From Nanobdellota archaeon (GTDB lineage: Archaea; Nanobdellota; Nanobdellia; Pacearchaeales; GW2011-AR1): DNA of 38,671 nt. Made by a program: the position numbers and the translations under genes. The notes beneath the pieces are model-generated. The model did no database searches. It saw only the letters and a list, made by a program, of their open reading frames with translations, and was not told where the DNA came from. How positions within the stretch are numbered: position 1 is the stretch's first letter; each line of letters opens with the position of its first letter. This document shows, piece after piece, positions 9,787 to 17,610 of the stretch. The stretch spans positions 1-38,671 of the forward strand of contig DAOWJD010000003.1 of the NCBI GenBank assembly GCA_030640565.1. Direction: 5' to 3'.

Positions 9787-10260
9787 ATGAAAATTGGCTA
9801 TAAACCAAAGAAAAAATTTATGAAGGAAGCAATTGATATTGCAAAAAAGGATTTCAAAAAATATGGAGAACAAAGGATTGGGGCTGTTATTGTTAGAAAT
9901 GATAAGATCATAACAAAAAGTGGGAATAAAATTTTCAGAGATATAGATCCTAGTTCACATGCAGAGATAGTCGCAATGAGATTAGCTTGTAAAAAACTAA
10001 AATCTAGGGGTATGTCTGATTGTATTTTATATACGACTAATGAACCATGTTGTATGTGTACTGGAGCCGCAGTGTGGGCTAAAATGAAGGGGATTGTTTA
10101 TGGTGCTAATGTAAAAGATTTGGAAAAGAAAATGAAAAAACAAGGAAAAAATTTTAAATTTTTCATAAGCTGTGAAGAGATATTAAAAAGACAAAAACCT
10201 AGAACCACTTTTTTAATTAAAAATTTTATGAGGAAGGAGTGCGTGGAGTTCACAAAATGA
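9787..10260 (+). CDS. CMP/dCMP-type zinc deaminase (cytidine / guanine / tRNA-adenosine deaminase superfamily)
   Basis: HAE (SHAEIVAM) and PCCMC zinc-binding motifs at typical spacing. The ATG at 9787 is preferred over the GTG at 9781 because a GGGGTGA Shine-Dalgarno-like sequence lies just upstream. Confidence 0.8.
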   Translation: MKIGYKPKKKFMKEAIDIAKKDFKKYGEQRIGAVIVRNDKIITKSGNKIFRDIDPSSHAEIVAMRLACKKLKSRGMSDCILYTTNEPCCMCTGAAVWAKMKGIVYGANVKDLEKKMKKQGKNFKFFISCEEILKRQKPRTTFLIKNFMRKECVEFTK

Positions 10261-11168
10261 AACACAATCTAAAGATAACAGCTATTATTTTGATAATGTT
10301 TGTTATAACCCAATTTATTGGGATTTATGTAGTTGATCATTATTTTTCTGAGGAAAACGAATTACCTTTTGGATTAGAAACACCTGAAATTGAAAAACAG
10401 TCTGATTATTCGATTCTTTTCGGATTCATAATTATTGCTTTTGTAATTGCAATTTGTTTATTCTTCTTCATGGCAAAGTTTAAGATAGCAGTTATTTTAA
10501 AACTCTGGTTTTTTGTTGTAGTAACTATTGCACTTTCAATAACTATTTTTTCTATAACAAGAAATTTTGATAAGCTTATTTTTGGATTACCTTTAATAGC
10601 AATATTAATAGCTCTTCCACTTGCAATTATAAAAATCTTTAAAAGAAACTTTCTTGTCCACAATTTTACAGAACTTTTAATTTACCCTGGAATTGCAGCT
10701 GTTTTTGTCCCTCTCCTAAATGTTTACACAGTTATAGGTTTGCTTGTTATTATTTCAATTTATGATATGTGGGCTGTCTGGCACTCAGGTATTATGCAGA
10801 AAATGGCAAAATATCAAATTAACAAGTTAAAAGTTTTCTCAGGATTTTTTGTTCCTTATTTATCTAAACATACAAGAAAAAGAATAAAGAAATGGAAGAA
10901 AACTCTGAAGAAAACAGAGTTAAAAAAGAAAAAAATTAAGATGAATATTGCAATTCTCGGAGGAGGAGATATTATCTTCCCAATAATTACTGCAGGAGTT
11001 ATGCTTAAAACTCTTGGCCTTGCTTCCGCAATTTTAGTAATATTAGGAGCAACTCTTGGTCTGGGATATCTTTTCTTTTTCTCAGAGAAAAAGAAGTTTT
11101 ACCCTGCAATGCCTTTCATCACAGGAGGAATTCTTATTGGGATAGCTCTTAGTTATCTGCTTTTTTAG
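10257..11168 (+). CDS. Presenilin / signal-peptide-peptidase family (A22) intramembrane aspartyl protease
   Basis: Polytopic membrane protein with YD (SIYDMWAV), GxGD (LGGGDIIFP) and a PAL-like motif (YPAMPF). Lys-rich cytoplasmic loop. ATGA overlap with the deaminase stop. Confidence 0.85.
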   Translation: MKHNLKITAIILIMFVITQFIGIYVVDHYFSEENELPFGLETPEIEKQSDYSILFGFIIIAFVIAICLFFFMAKFKIAVILKLWFFVVVTIALSITIFSITRNFDKLIFGLPLIAILIALPLAIIKIFKRNFLVHNFTELLIYPGIAAVFVPLLNVYTVIGLLVIISIYDMWAVWHSGIMQKMAKYQINKLKVFSGFFVPYLSKHTRKRIKKWKKTLKKTELKKKKIKMNIAILGGGDIIFPIITAGVMLKTLGLASAILVILGATLGLGYLFFFSEKKKFYPAMPFITGGILIGIALSYLLF

Positions 11169-11176
11169 TTTTATAA

Positions 11177-11539
11177 TCAGAATGAAGGTCTAACTCTTAA
11201 CCAAGTGTAGCTATCAGGTAAATTACGTCTTGCAGCCGTACTAGCAGGATGAGGAATACTTTGAATTTTCAATACTTTTTCATCTCTTAATCTTTTTCTT
11301 TCACCAACAAATTCCCAAGCATATCCATATTCAGTTTTTCCCAAATAATATTGTTCAAGATAATTCGCAACATCTTTGGGTGATTGTAAAAAAGATTCAT
11401 CTGATAACGAGGTGTCTTGTCTCCATCTTTTTAAGAATAAAGGACTAGAGTGCCCAAATCCTGATTGTTTAGAATCTATCCTAAAAGGCCCGTGAACCTT
11501 TGAGTCTCTAACTTTCTTTAGTAATGTTTCGTTTTCCAT
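11177..11539 (-). CDS. Hypothetical protein (120 aa)
   Basis: ATG-initiated ORF with globular composition that fills the gap between neighbouring genes. No motif recognised. Confidence 0.5.
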   Translation of the reverse strand: MENETLLKKVRDSKVHGPFRIDSKQSGFGHSSPLFLKRWRQDTSLSDESFLQSPKDVANYLEQYYLGKTEYGYAWEFVGERKRLRDEKVLKIQSIPHPASTAARRNLPDSYTWLRVRPSF

Positions 11540-11642
11540 ATCCTTTCAACAAACTACTTATTTATAAACCTTTCCATAATGTTCCCACTCCAAGAAAGTA
11601 ACACATAGTAAGATTTATAAAGCCTAAACTATATGGATTTTT

Positions 11643-11960
11643 ATGGATACAAAACTACAATTGATGTTAGATAAAGCACGAGCCGTAGATTTAGAAATCT
11701 TAGAACAATATCGTGAGAAAGAAGTTGTTATTAGAACACCCAGATCCAATGTTTATGGAGGAATAATTACTGAAGTAGGATCAGAATTTATTTATGTTAC
11801 TGATTTTAAAGAATATAAGAAGTGGCCCCTAGAAAAATCCCGGGAAAATATTAAGATATTTTTTAATAAGATTCCAGATAGGACATTATCAAGATCTCAG
11901 ATAGAAGAAATTTTTCTTTTGGAAGATGTTGGAAAACAAGGGAGGAAAATAAAATGTTAG
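11643..11960 (+). CDS. Hypothetical small protein (105 aa), weakly Sm-like, overlapping the trmB-family gene by 7 nt
   Basis: KEVVIRTPRSNVYGGIITEVGSEFIYVTD loosely resembles an Sm1-type beta-hairpin. The overlap suggests an operon with the regulator downstream. Confidence 0.5.
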   Translation: MDTKLQLMLDKARAVDLEILEQYREKEVVIRTPRSNVYGGIITEVGSEFIYVTDFKEYKKWPLEKSRENIKIFFNKIPDRTLSRSQIEEIFLLEDVGKQGRKIKC

Positions 11961-12739
11961 TAAAACAAGAATTAATCAACAAAATAAAAGATTATTTTAA
12001 TCTTAATGTTTATGAAACAAAAGTTTGGTTAGCTTTGCTTGGAAAAGGAATAGCTTCTGCAGGAGAAATTGCAGAGATTTCTAGAGTTCCAAGATCAAGA
12101 ACCTATGATGTTCTTGAAGGCCTTGAGAAAAAAGGATTTGCAATCATAAAACTGGGAAAACCAGTTAAATATATTGGAATTAAACCTCATTTAATTATTG
12201 AAAAAATGAAAAACAATGTAAGAAGTGGTGCAGAAGAAAAAATAATAAGCCTTGTAAATTTAAAAGAAACAGAAGAATTTTCAAAACTTGAAAAACTTTA
12301 CAAAGAAGGATTAAACCCAATTAAAAAAGAAGATTATTCTGCAGCCCTTAAGGGAAGATCTAATATATCAAATTACTTAAGAGAAATTCTCCAAAACGCT
12401 ACTAAAGAAGTAATAATTTGTACAAATGCGGAAGATGTAAGTTCTAAATTAAAACTTTTCCAGCAAACTATTAAAAATCTTAACAAAGGAAATATAAAAG
12501 TAAAAATTGCATTGTCTGGAAACGAAAACATGATTAAAAAGATAAGTGGCATCCTTGAGATTAAAATAAAAAAGATAGATGTTGATGCAAAATTCTTTAT
12601 AATTGACAGAAAAGAAATCCTCTTTTATATTTCAAAGGACAAAAATCAAGAAGATGTTGCTGTTTGGATTAATTCTGAGTTTTTTGCTCAGGCCTTTGCA
12701 GTTCTTTTTGATAAGGCAGTTGGAGAAAAAAGTAGATAA
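11954..12739 (+). CDS. TrmB-family transcriptional regulator
   Basis: N-terminal wHTH: YETKVWLALLGKGIASAGEIAEISRVPRSRTYDVLEGLEKKGFA. GGGAGG Shine-Dalgarno upstream. Length and a C-terminal effector-type domain fit TrmB. Confidence 0.85.
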   Translation: MLVKQELINKIKDYFNLNVYETKVWLALLGKGIASAGEIAEISRVPRSRTYDVLEGLEKKGFAIIKLGKPVKYIGIKPHLIIEKMKNNVRSGAEEKIISLVNLKETEEFSKLEKLYKEGLNPIKKEDYSAALKGRSNISNYLREILQNATKEVIICTNAEDVSSKLKLFQQTIKNLNKGNIKVKIALSGNENMIKKISGILEIKIKKIDVDAKFFIIDRKEILFYISKDKNQEDVAVWINSEFFAQAFAVLFDKAVGEKSR

Positions 12740-12745
12740 GCTAAA

Positions 12746-13486
12746 ATGAAAAAAATATTAAGAAATATTTTATTTGCAGGAACAATAATATTAACTAGCT
12801 TATCTCCTATGAAAAATGTTTTAGCTCAACCTCAGGAAGATCCAAAAATAAAAACAAATATTAGTTTAGCAGGAAATCTTACAAACAAATTAAAATTTTG
12901 GGGAATGCCTTTTTTAGAAAGTCCTGCATATTCACAATCAGTAAATGTTAGTAGAGGAAAATTTGGCGCATCTTTAGTAGGAAATTATGACATTAAAAAA
13001 GGAAGATTGTTTGATATAGATATGGGGGTAAGTTTTTCTCAACCAATATTAGATAAATTAAATGCATATTTAGGTTATGTTTTTTTTAATTTTAATCTTG
13101 GAGAAGGATGGGATTATGCATCAATTTTATATGGGGGTTTGTCCGCAGATGTCCCATTAAACCCTTCTGTTACATATAATAGATTATTCAGGTTTGGGGG
13201 TGGAGAATACATAGAAGGCTCTGTTTCTCATGCTTTTCCAATTGGAGAGAAGATAGGGATTTCATTATCCCAAAAAGTAGGACATAATAACAAAGCTGGA
13301 AGAGATAAAACTGGTTTTAGTCATTTAGAAACAGGAATTAGTGTTCCAATACAATTATTAAATAAGGCAAATATTACTCCTTACTTAAACTATCTACATT
13401 CATTGTCAGATGAAGTAAAGAGCGGATTTTATGGTGGAATTAATGTGAGTTATGATTTAACTAAAAAACCTGCAACCCAGAAATAG
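12746..13486 (+). CDS. Secreted beta-strand-rich protein, outer-membrane-porin-like pattern (unknown function)
   Basis: Signal peptide MKKILRNILFAGTIILTSLSPMKNVLA-QP. Repeated alternating hydrophobic/polar strands with Gly/Asn/Asp turns. Final strand is GGINVSYDL. Confidence 0.6.
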   Translation: MKKILRNILFAGTIILTSLSPMKNVLAQPQEDPKIKTNISLAGNLTNKLKFWGMPFLESPAYSQSVNVSRGKFGASLVGNYDIKKGRLFDIDMGVSFSQPILDKLNAYLGYVFFNFNLGEGWDYASILYGGLSADVPLNPSVTYNRLFRFGGGEYIEGSVSHAFPIGEKIGISLSQKVGHNNKAGRDKTGFSHLETGISVPIQLLNKANITPYLNYLHSLSDEVKSGFYGGINVSYDLTKKPATQK

Positions 13487-14732
13487 CCATATCTTTAATC
13501 TTTTGCGCATGTTTCTTTTTCCAGTCATTCAAAAATTTCTTTAAAGTAAAGTTAAGTTTTTGTTTTGCGTAAATCTTGTGTTTTTTTGTGAAAACTTTTT
13601 TGTATTTCTTCTTAAATTTTTTCACATGCTCTTTTTGAGATGTTAAAGGACCTCTAATTAAGAGTTCAGGTTTCTTTTTAACAGTAAAGAAATATTTTGC
13701 AGATTTCTTTCCATTATATTCAAATCCCTTGGATTTTATTTCAAAATATTTTTCAATTTCTTTTCCAAGATGTCTATGGAATTTCAATAATTTGCTTCCA
13801 GCAATATCTCCTTCTTGTTTTTTAGTCCTTGCTTCCAGCAAGATAAACTCATAATTCTTTTTTTTAGCATTTCTCCTTGCTTTTTCAAAATCAATTTTTT
13901 CTATTTCAAATGCCTTTATCGTTGGATTTTTTAGAAACTTCTTACAAGCTTTCTGAAATGCGCGAAATGTTTCATCAGAAAGCGCTGCTAACGCATTTCT
14001 CTGTTTATATGTTGGATCAATAAGAACAATTGGAGATTGGATTTTTGCAGCATTAATATCCATTAAAATTCGTTTCCTGCTTTTGTGATGTTTTTCAATA
14101 TCTATAACTTTTTGCTCTTTGATTTTTGTCATAGCTCTTAGAAATTTTAAAAAACCACCATAATAATAAATCAAAAGTTCTAAAGCATATCCAGAGAAAC
14201 CATTTACATATGATTCAGCCCCATAACAATTGTTTCCATAACAAAAAGCTTTTGCAAGCCGAATGTCGTCGAGGATTTTTTCTGATTTGATTTTCCTTTT
14301 TATATATTTTACATGAGAATAAGATAAATCTGTGATATTTTCTGCTTTTCTAGGATTTTTTATTTTTCTTACAGGAATTACTTCAAAGAAAAAGTCTTTA
14401 GAAACCTTCATTTTAAAATAATCTCTAGAACCATGGATTATAGAGACATTTTTCACATTTTTCAAGATTTTTTTTGTCAGGTCTGAGATGTTCTTGTGTT
14501 TTTTGTCAAATCTAATAAAAACATCAACATCATAACAATCTTTTCTTATTACAGTGGATTTTGCAAAACTCCCCCCGACAAAAACCTCTGCATTTATCTT
14601 CCCAGATTTTATTCTTTTCCCAAGTTTTTCAAGAAAATCTTTTAAAAGATTTTTAACTTGTTTAGATTCTTCTTTAGTTGGCTCTACTCTTGCTAAAACT
14701 TCTTTTAATATAGAATTAATGTTCTTAACCAT
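13461..14732 (-). CDS. cca: Archaeal class I CCA-adding enzyme (tRNA nucleotidyltransferase)
   Basis: GSFAKSTVIRKDCYDVDVFIRF (GS...DxD NTase motif) and RLAKAFCYGNNCYGAESYVNGFSGYALELLIYYYG. The ATG at 14732 is preferred over the TTG at 14738 because the TATA box at 14754-14761 is centred about 26 nt upstream. Confidence 0.88.
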   Translation of the reverse strand: MVKNINSILKEVLARVEPTKEESKQVKNLLKDFLEKLGKRIKSGKINAEVFVGGSFAKSTVIRKDCYDVDVFIRFDKKHKNISDLTKKILKNVKNVSIIHGSRDYFKMKVSKDFFFEVIPVRKIKNPRKAENITDLSYSHVKYIKRKIKSEKILDDIRLAKAFCYGNNCYGAESYVNGFSGYALELLIYYYGGFLKFLRAMTKIKEQKVIDIEKHHKSRKRILMDINAAKIQSPIVLIDPTYKQRNALAALSDETFRAFQKACKKFLKNPTIKAFEIEKIDFEKARRNAKKKNYEFILLEARTKKQEGDIAGSKLLKFHRHLGKEIEKYFEIKSKGFEYNGKKSAKYFFTVKKKPELLIRGPLTSQKEHVKKFKKKYKKVFTKKHKIYAKQKLNFTLKKFLNDWKKKHAQKIKDMAISGLQVF

Positions 14733-14779
14733 ACCCAATATAACATAAGAATATTTATAAGCTTATTGCGGGGGTGCTT

Positions 14780-15499
14780 TTAAATCTTGAAAGCTCTGGA
14801 TTTTAAAAATGATTTTGTTCTCTCAAATTCTTCATCGTAATCAAATTCAGGAGGCATTGATGCTTCAACAACACCTAAAGAACCACCACTAAGCCAATGT
14901 TCAAATACATAATGGCTAAATGTCCATTGAAAATCTTCTTCTTTTGATAATCTAACAATATTCTTTCCTATGACATATGGATTTCTTACATATTTATGAG
15001 CTTTGTCAATACCTTCTACTTCCATATTAATAGCTCTTAATTTAACACTTTGAGAATCACCTTCATATATCAATCTTCTTTTCTTATTGAAAGGGTGGAT
15101 TAAATTATCATATGCAGTGATAACACATTTATGGGTCTCTGCTTGTTGCAACATTTTTTGAACAAAATCAGCTGAGAGTGGTTGGTGACCACATACTAGC
15201 ATAAATCTGGTATCTAATAAATCCTGAAGATAATATGGAATTTTTCTGAAACCACCTTCGACAGGAACCACAAAAGCATCTATATTTTTCTTCTCAACAA
15301 TTCTTCTTATTTCTTTATTATTGTGATAACCACTGGAAATAACATATCTTTCTATTCCTCCCTCTTTTAAGCTATCAATTAAATGACCAATCATAGATTG
15401 TCCAGCATATTCTATTAATGATTTATTTCTAGTTGTATTGTTGGCTGGAGACATTCTTGTACCATAACCCCCAGCAACAATCAATGTTTGTTTTATCAT
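14780..15499 (-). CDS. Sugar-phosphate nucleotidyltransferase (NTP_transferase family)
   Basis: N-terminal LIVAGGYGTRMSP (GxGTR) motif. GGAG lies 8 nt upstream of the ATG. Confidence 0.75.
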   Translation of the reverse strand: MIKQTLIVAGGYGTRMSPANNTTRNKSLIEYAGQSMIGHLIDSLKEGGIERYVISSGYHNNKEIRRIVEKKNIDAFVVPVEGGFRKIPYYLQDLLDTRFMLVCGHQPLSADFVQKMLQQAETHKCVITAYDNLIHPFNKKRRLIYEGDSQSVKLRAINMEVEGIDKAHKYVRNPYVIGKNIVRLSKEEDFQWTFSHYVFEHWLSGGSLGVVEASMPPEFDYDEEFERTKSFLKSRAFKI

Positions 15500-15532
15500 T
15501 TTATCTCCAATAAAAAATAGGTTACATTATAT

Positions 15533-15540
15533 TTTATAAA
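15533..15540 (-). promoter_or_regulatory. TATA box (TTTATAAA) upstream of the nucleotidyltransferase gene
   Basis: The palindromic octamer lies 34-41 nt upstream of the ATG at 15499, which leaves a short GGAG-containing leader. Confidence 0.45.
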
Positions 15541-15545
15541 TATAA

Positions 15546-15577
15546 TGATACTCGCTTTCCCTAAAAGTGATTTAACA
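15546..15577. repeat. Direct repeat copy A (TGATACTCGCTTTCCCTAAAAGTGATTTAACA) flanking the AbrB-NTase cassette
   Basis: Aligns with 16621-16650 at 27 identities over 32 columns (3 mismatches, 2 single-nt gaps). Both copies sit next to a TTTATAAAT box. Confidence 0.7.
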
Positions 15578-15591
15578 CCAATTACATCTAA

Positions 15592-16374
15592 TCAATTAAC
15601 TAATTTTTTTATTTTTATTAACTGATCCTTTAGATAATCATGTAGCTTTTCAGCTTTAATTATGCTAACTTTCTTTTTATCTCCTAAATCATTTTTTATA
15701 GCCAGATATCTTTCATAAGCATCTGTTCCTTTAGAGAGATTTCTGATTATTTTTATAAAATCCTTTTTTGAATAATTTTCATTTTTTATTAGTTTGGCAA
15801 TTATATATAGTGTTCGTATTCTCAAGATAAGAGTGTAAATAATAATATCACTAACGTATTTTTTATTCTTTTTTTTCATTCTTTCTAGAACTTCTTTGAT
15901 TATCTTTAGTTTATCTTCTGTAGTTTTAAGATACCAGTTTATGTTTTTCTTTGTTACCTTAACTTCTATTGAATTAAGATAATTAGAATTTAATAATGGT
16001 TTAGCTTCTTTTATCATCTGTCCGACAGGAAACAAATCTTGATTTAATTTTTGTTTTAATAACTCTAAGGAAATTATCAGCACATTATAAATACCCTCTT
16101 TAATCATCTTTTTATCAATGTCCTCTGTTATAACTAAGATGTCTATATCGCTTTTCTCATCTTCTTCTCCTCTTGCATGACTTCCGGTTAGATAAATCCC
16201 AATTACATTCTTTAAATCAGTGTATTTTTTTATTATAGGGATAACATCCAATAAAATAGTTTCAGAAGTTTTTTTTATTGGTTCAACTCTGACTTCTTTA
16301 TTAAGCCATGATCTTGGAAGTATGACTGCTGAGGAATTACCTGCTTTAATTGCTTTTTTTATTTGAACTTCCAT
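15592..16374 (-). CDS. AbrB/SpoVT-like domain fused to a minimal (Pol-beta-type) nucleotidyltransferase plus a helical C-terminal domain
   Basis: N-terminus AIKAGNSSAVILPRSWLNKEVRVE (AbrB/MazE-like swapped hairpin). NTase motif GIYLTGSHARGEEDEKSDIDILVIT. Helical C-terminal half without an obvious Rx4-6H HEPN motif. Confidence 0.75.
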   Translation of the reverse strand: MEVQIKKAIKAGNSSAVILPRSWLNKEVRVEPIKKTSETILLDVIPIIKKYTDLKNVIGIYLTGSHARGEEDEKSDIDILVITEDIDKKMIKEGIYNVLIISLELLKQKLNQDLFPVGQMIKEAKPLLNSNYLNSIEVKVTKKNINWYLKTTEDKLKIIKEVLERMKKKNKKYVSDIIIYTLILRIRTLYIIAKLIKNENYSKKDFIKIIRNLSKGTDAYERYLAIKNDLGDKKKVSIIKAEKLHDYLKDQLIKIKKLVN

Positions 16375-16562
16375 TATTTTTCCTCCAGATAATCTTCATC
16401 TTCTTCAATTTGCTTTAAAAATTTTTCAGCTATTTCTTTTTTCCAGTAACCTTTAAATACTTCTTTTTCTTTTTGAATTTTTTCTTCATGTTTATCTATT
16501 TGTTTCTGAAGAGATTTTATTCTTTTTTCACGTAATTTCTTCATGCGTTTTTTATCTTTCAC
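16374..16562 (-). CDS. Small K/E-rich coiled-coil protein (62 aa), translationally coupled (TAATG) to the AbrB-NTase gene
   Basis: GTG at 16562 (or ATG at 16544). The TATA box at 16584-16591 is centred about 26 nt upstream of 16562. Highly charged helical sequence. Confidence 0.5.
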   Translation of the reverse strand: MKDKKRMKKLREKRIKSLQKQIDKHEEKIQKEKEVFKGYWKKEIAEKFLKQIEEDEDYLEEK

Positions 16563-16583
16563 GTTCTTACATGTACTTACATC

Positions 16584-16591
16584 TTTATAAA
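16584..16591 (-). promoter_or_regulatory. TATA box (TTTATAAA) for the two-gene cassette
   Basis: Distance to the first codon at 16562 fits a leaderless transcript. Confidence 0.45.
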
Positions 16592-16620
16592 TTTTTCTAT
16601 AAGGGGGCTTAAGTTAATAT

Positions 16621-16650
16621 TGATACTCACTTACCCAAAGGGATTTAACA
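16621..16650. repeat. Direct repeat copy B (TGATACTCACTTACCCAAAGGGATTTAACA)
   Basis: See copy A at 15546-15577. Confidence 0.7.
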
Positions 16651-16729
16651 GGAACTAGCTTTAAAGAAAACTATAAAATATATTTCTAATTGAATAAATC
16701 TTTAAATAAGACTTAAATCTAAAGACAAC

Positions 16730-17038
16730 ATGTCAGAGAAACCTTTATATGAAGATGAACAATTAATGGCTGATTATCATCCTACTTCTCCAGAAGATCA
16801 TTTTTTGCGTATCGGAGGAGAAGGAAGAAAAAAAATAGGCTATCTTATCCAACATGGTATTTTAAGAGAACTAGCTAGAACTCCAAGAGGAGAAATAGAA
16901 AGCAAAATAGACGCTTTTAATCCTGAGATTTTAGCTAAAATAAAAGAAGAAGGGATTAAGATAGATGGATTGCATGTTGCATTATGCCAAGCCCATATAG
17001 AAGAAATGGAAAGGATGAAAATGGCCATTCGAGAATGA
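16730..17038 (+). CDS. Hypothetical protein (102 aa)
   Basis: ATG ORF with globular composition. No motif recognised. Confidence 0.5.
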   Translation: MSEKPLYEDEQLMADYHPTSPEDHFLRIGGEGRKKIGYLIQHGILRELARTPRGEIESKIDAFNPEILAKIKEEGIKIDGLHVALCQAHIEEMERMKMAIRE

Positions 17039-17058
17039 TTTTCTTCAGATAATTTTCC

Positions 17059-17472
17059 TCACGTCTTCTCATCAGGCTCCCTGATTTCCTTCAGGTCTTT
17101 TATATTTGTTTTCAGTGTTGAAGCCAAATCAATTATATATTTTCCTTCTTCTAATTTGTATATTAAGGGCTGGTCTTTTCTGAAAAGCTTTACAATATCA
17201 AGCTCAAATTTCCCTTCACCAGTAACCCTTATTGATTCTATATCAAGAATAACAGGTGCTTGCTGATCAGTGATTCCAACCATCTCCCTTATATCTTTTT
17301 CAACCTGTTTTTTCTGATCTTCAGGAATATTAATAATCTTTTCCTTTACCTCTTTCATCTGGTTATCTCTGATATAAAAGAAAAAATGGCTTTTGCAATT
17401 TGCACATCCTTCAAGCAACTCTCTACTGCCTGGAGAAATAATTCTTGAGCATCTCACACATTGATGGGGCAT
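17059..17472 (-). CDS. Archaeal Zn-ribbon protein (DUF2072 / COG3364-like)
   Basis: N-terminus MPHQCVRCSRIISPGSRELLEGCANCKSHFFFYIRD (CxxC...CxxC ribbon followed by the F-x-Y strand). From memory this matches the conserved archaeal Zn-ribbon family that accompanies a small GTPase. Confidence 0.65.
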   Translation of the reverse strand: MPHQCVRCSRIISPGSRELLEGCANCKSHFFFYIRDNQMKEVKEKIINIPEDQKKQVEKDIREMVGITDQQAPVILDIESIRVTGEGKFELDIVKLFRKDQPLIYKLEEGKYIIDLASTLKTNIKDLKEIREPDEKT

Positions 17473-17581
17473 TTTTTGATATTACTATTTTTATTTTTAA
17501 TAATGAAAGAAAAAGTTCTAGATTAATAAATTTATCTGTATTTATATTATAACTTCAAACTCTTTTGAACTCTTCGCTTCA

Positions 17582-17589
17582 TTTATAAA
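17582..17589 (+). promoter_or_regulatory. TATA box (TTTATAAA) for the wHTH-TM-beta-propeller gene
   Basis: Centre is about 26 nt upstream of the ATG at 17611. This favours that ATG as a leaderless start over the GTG at 17602. Confidence 0.5.
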
Positions 17590-17610
17590 TAATTATCTCT
17601 TGTGTCTGGC

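Noticed and set aside
10239-10256. Upstream ATG at 10239 as the presenilin-family start; TTG/GTG starts at 24374, 26704, 14738, 17602 and 9781.
   Set aside because: The downstream ATGs give canonical N-termini (signal peptides or conserved starts). They also fit the ATGA overlap, Shine-Dalgarno or TATA-distance evidence. The longer forms add non-conserved residues.
15541-15590. Possible C/D-box sRNA in the repeat element (ATGATAC ... GTGATTT ... CTAA).
   Set aside because: The boxes deviate from RUGAUGA/CUGA at several positions, and the second repeat copy (16611-16660) is worse. No terminal stem was found.
15592-16374. Canonical MNT-HEPN toxin-antitoxin pair.
   Set aside because: I found no Rx4-6H HEPN motif in the C-terminal half or in the neighbouring 62-aa ORF. 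It is therefore reported only as an atypical AbrB-NTase cassette.
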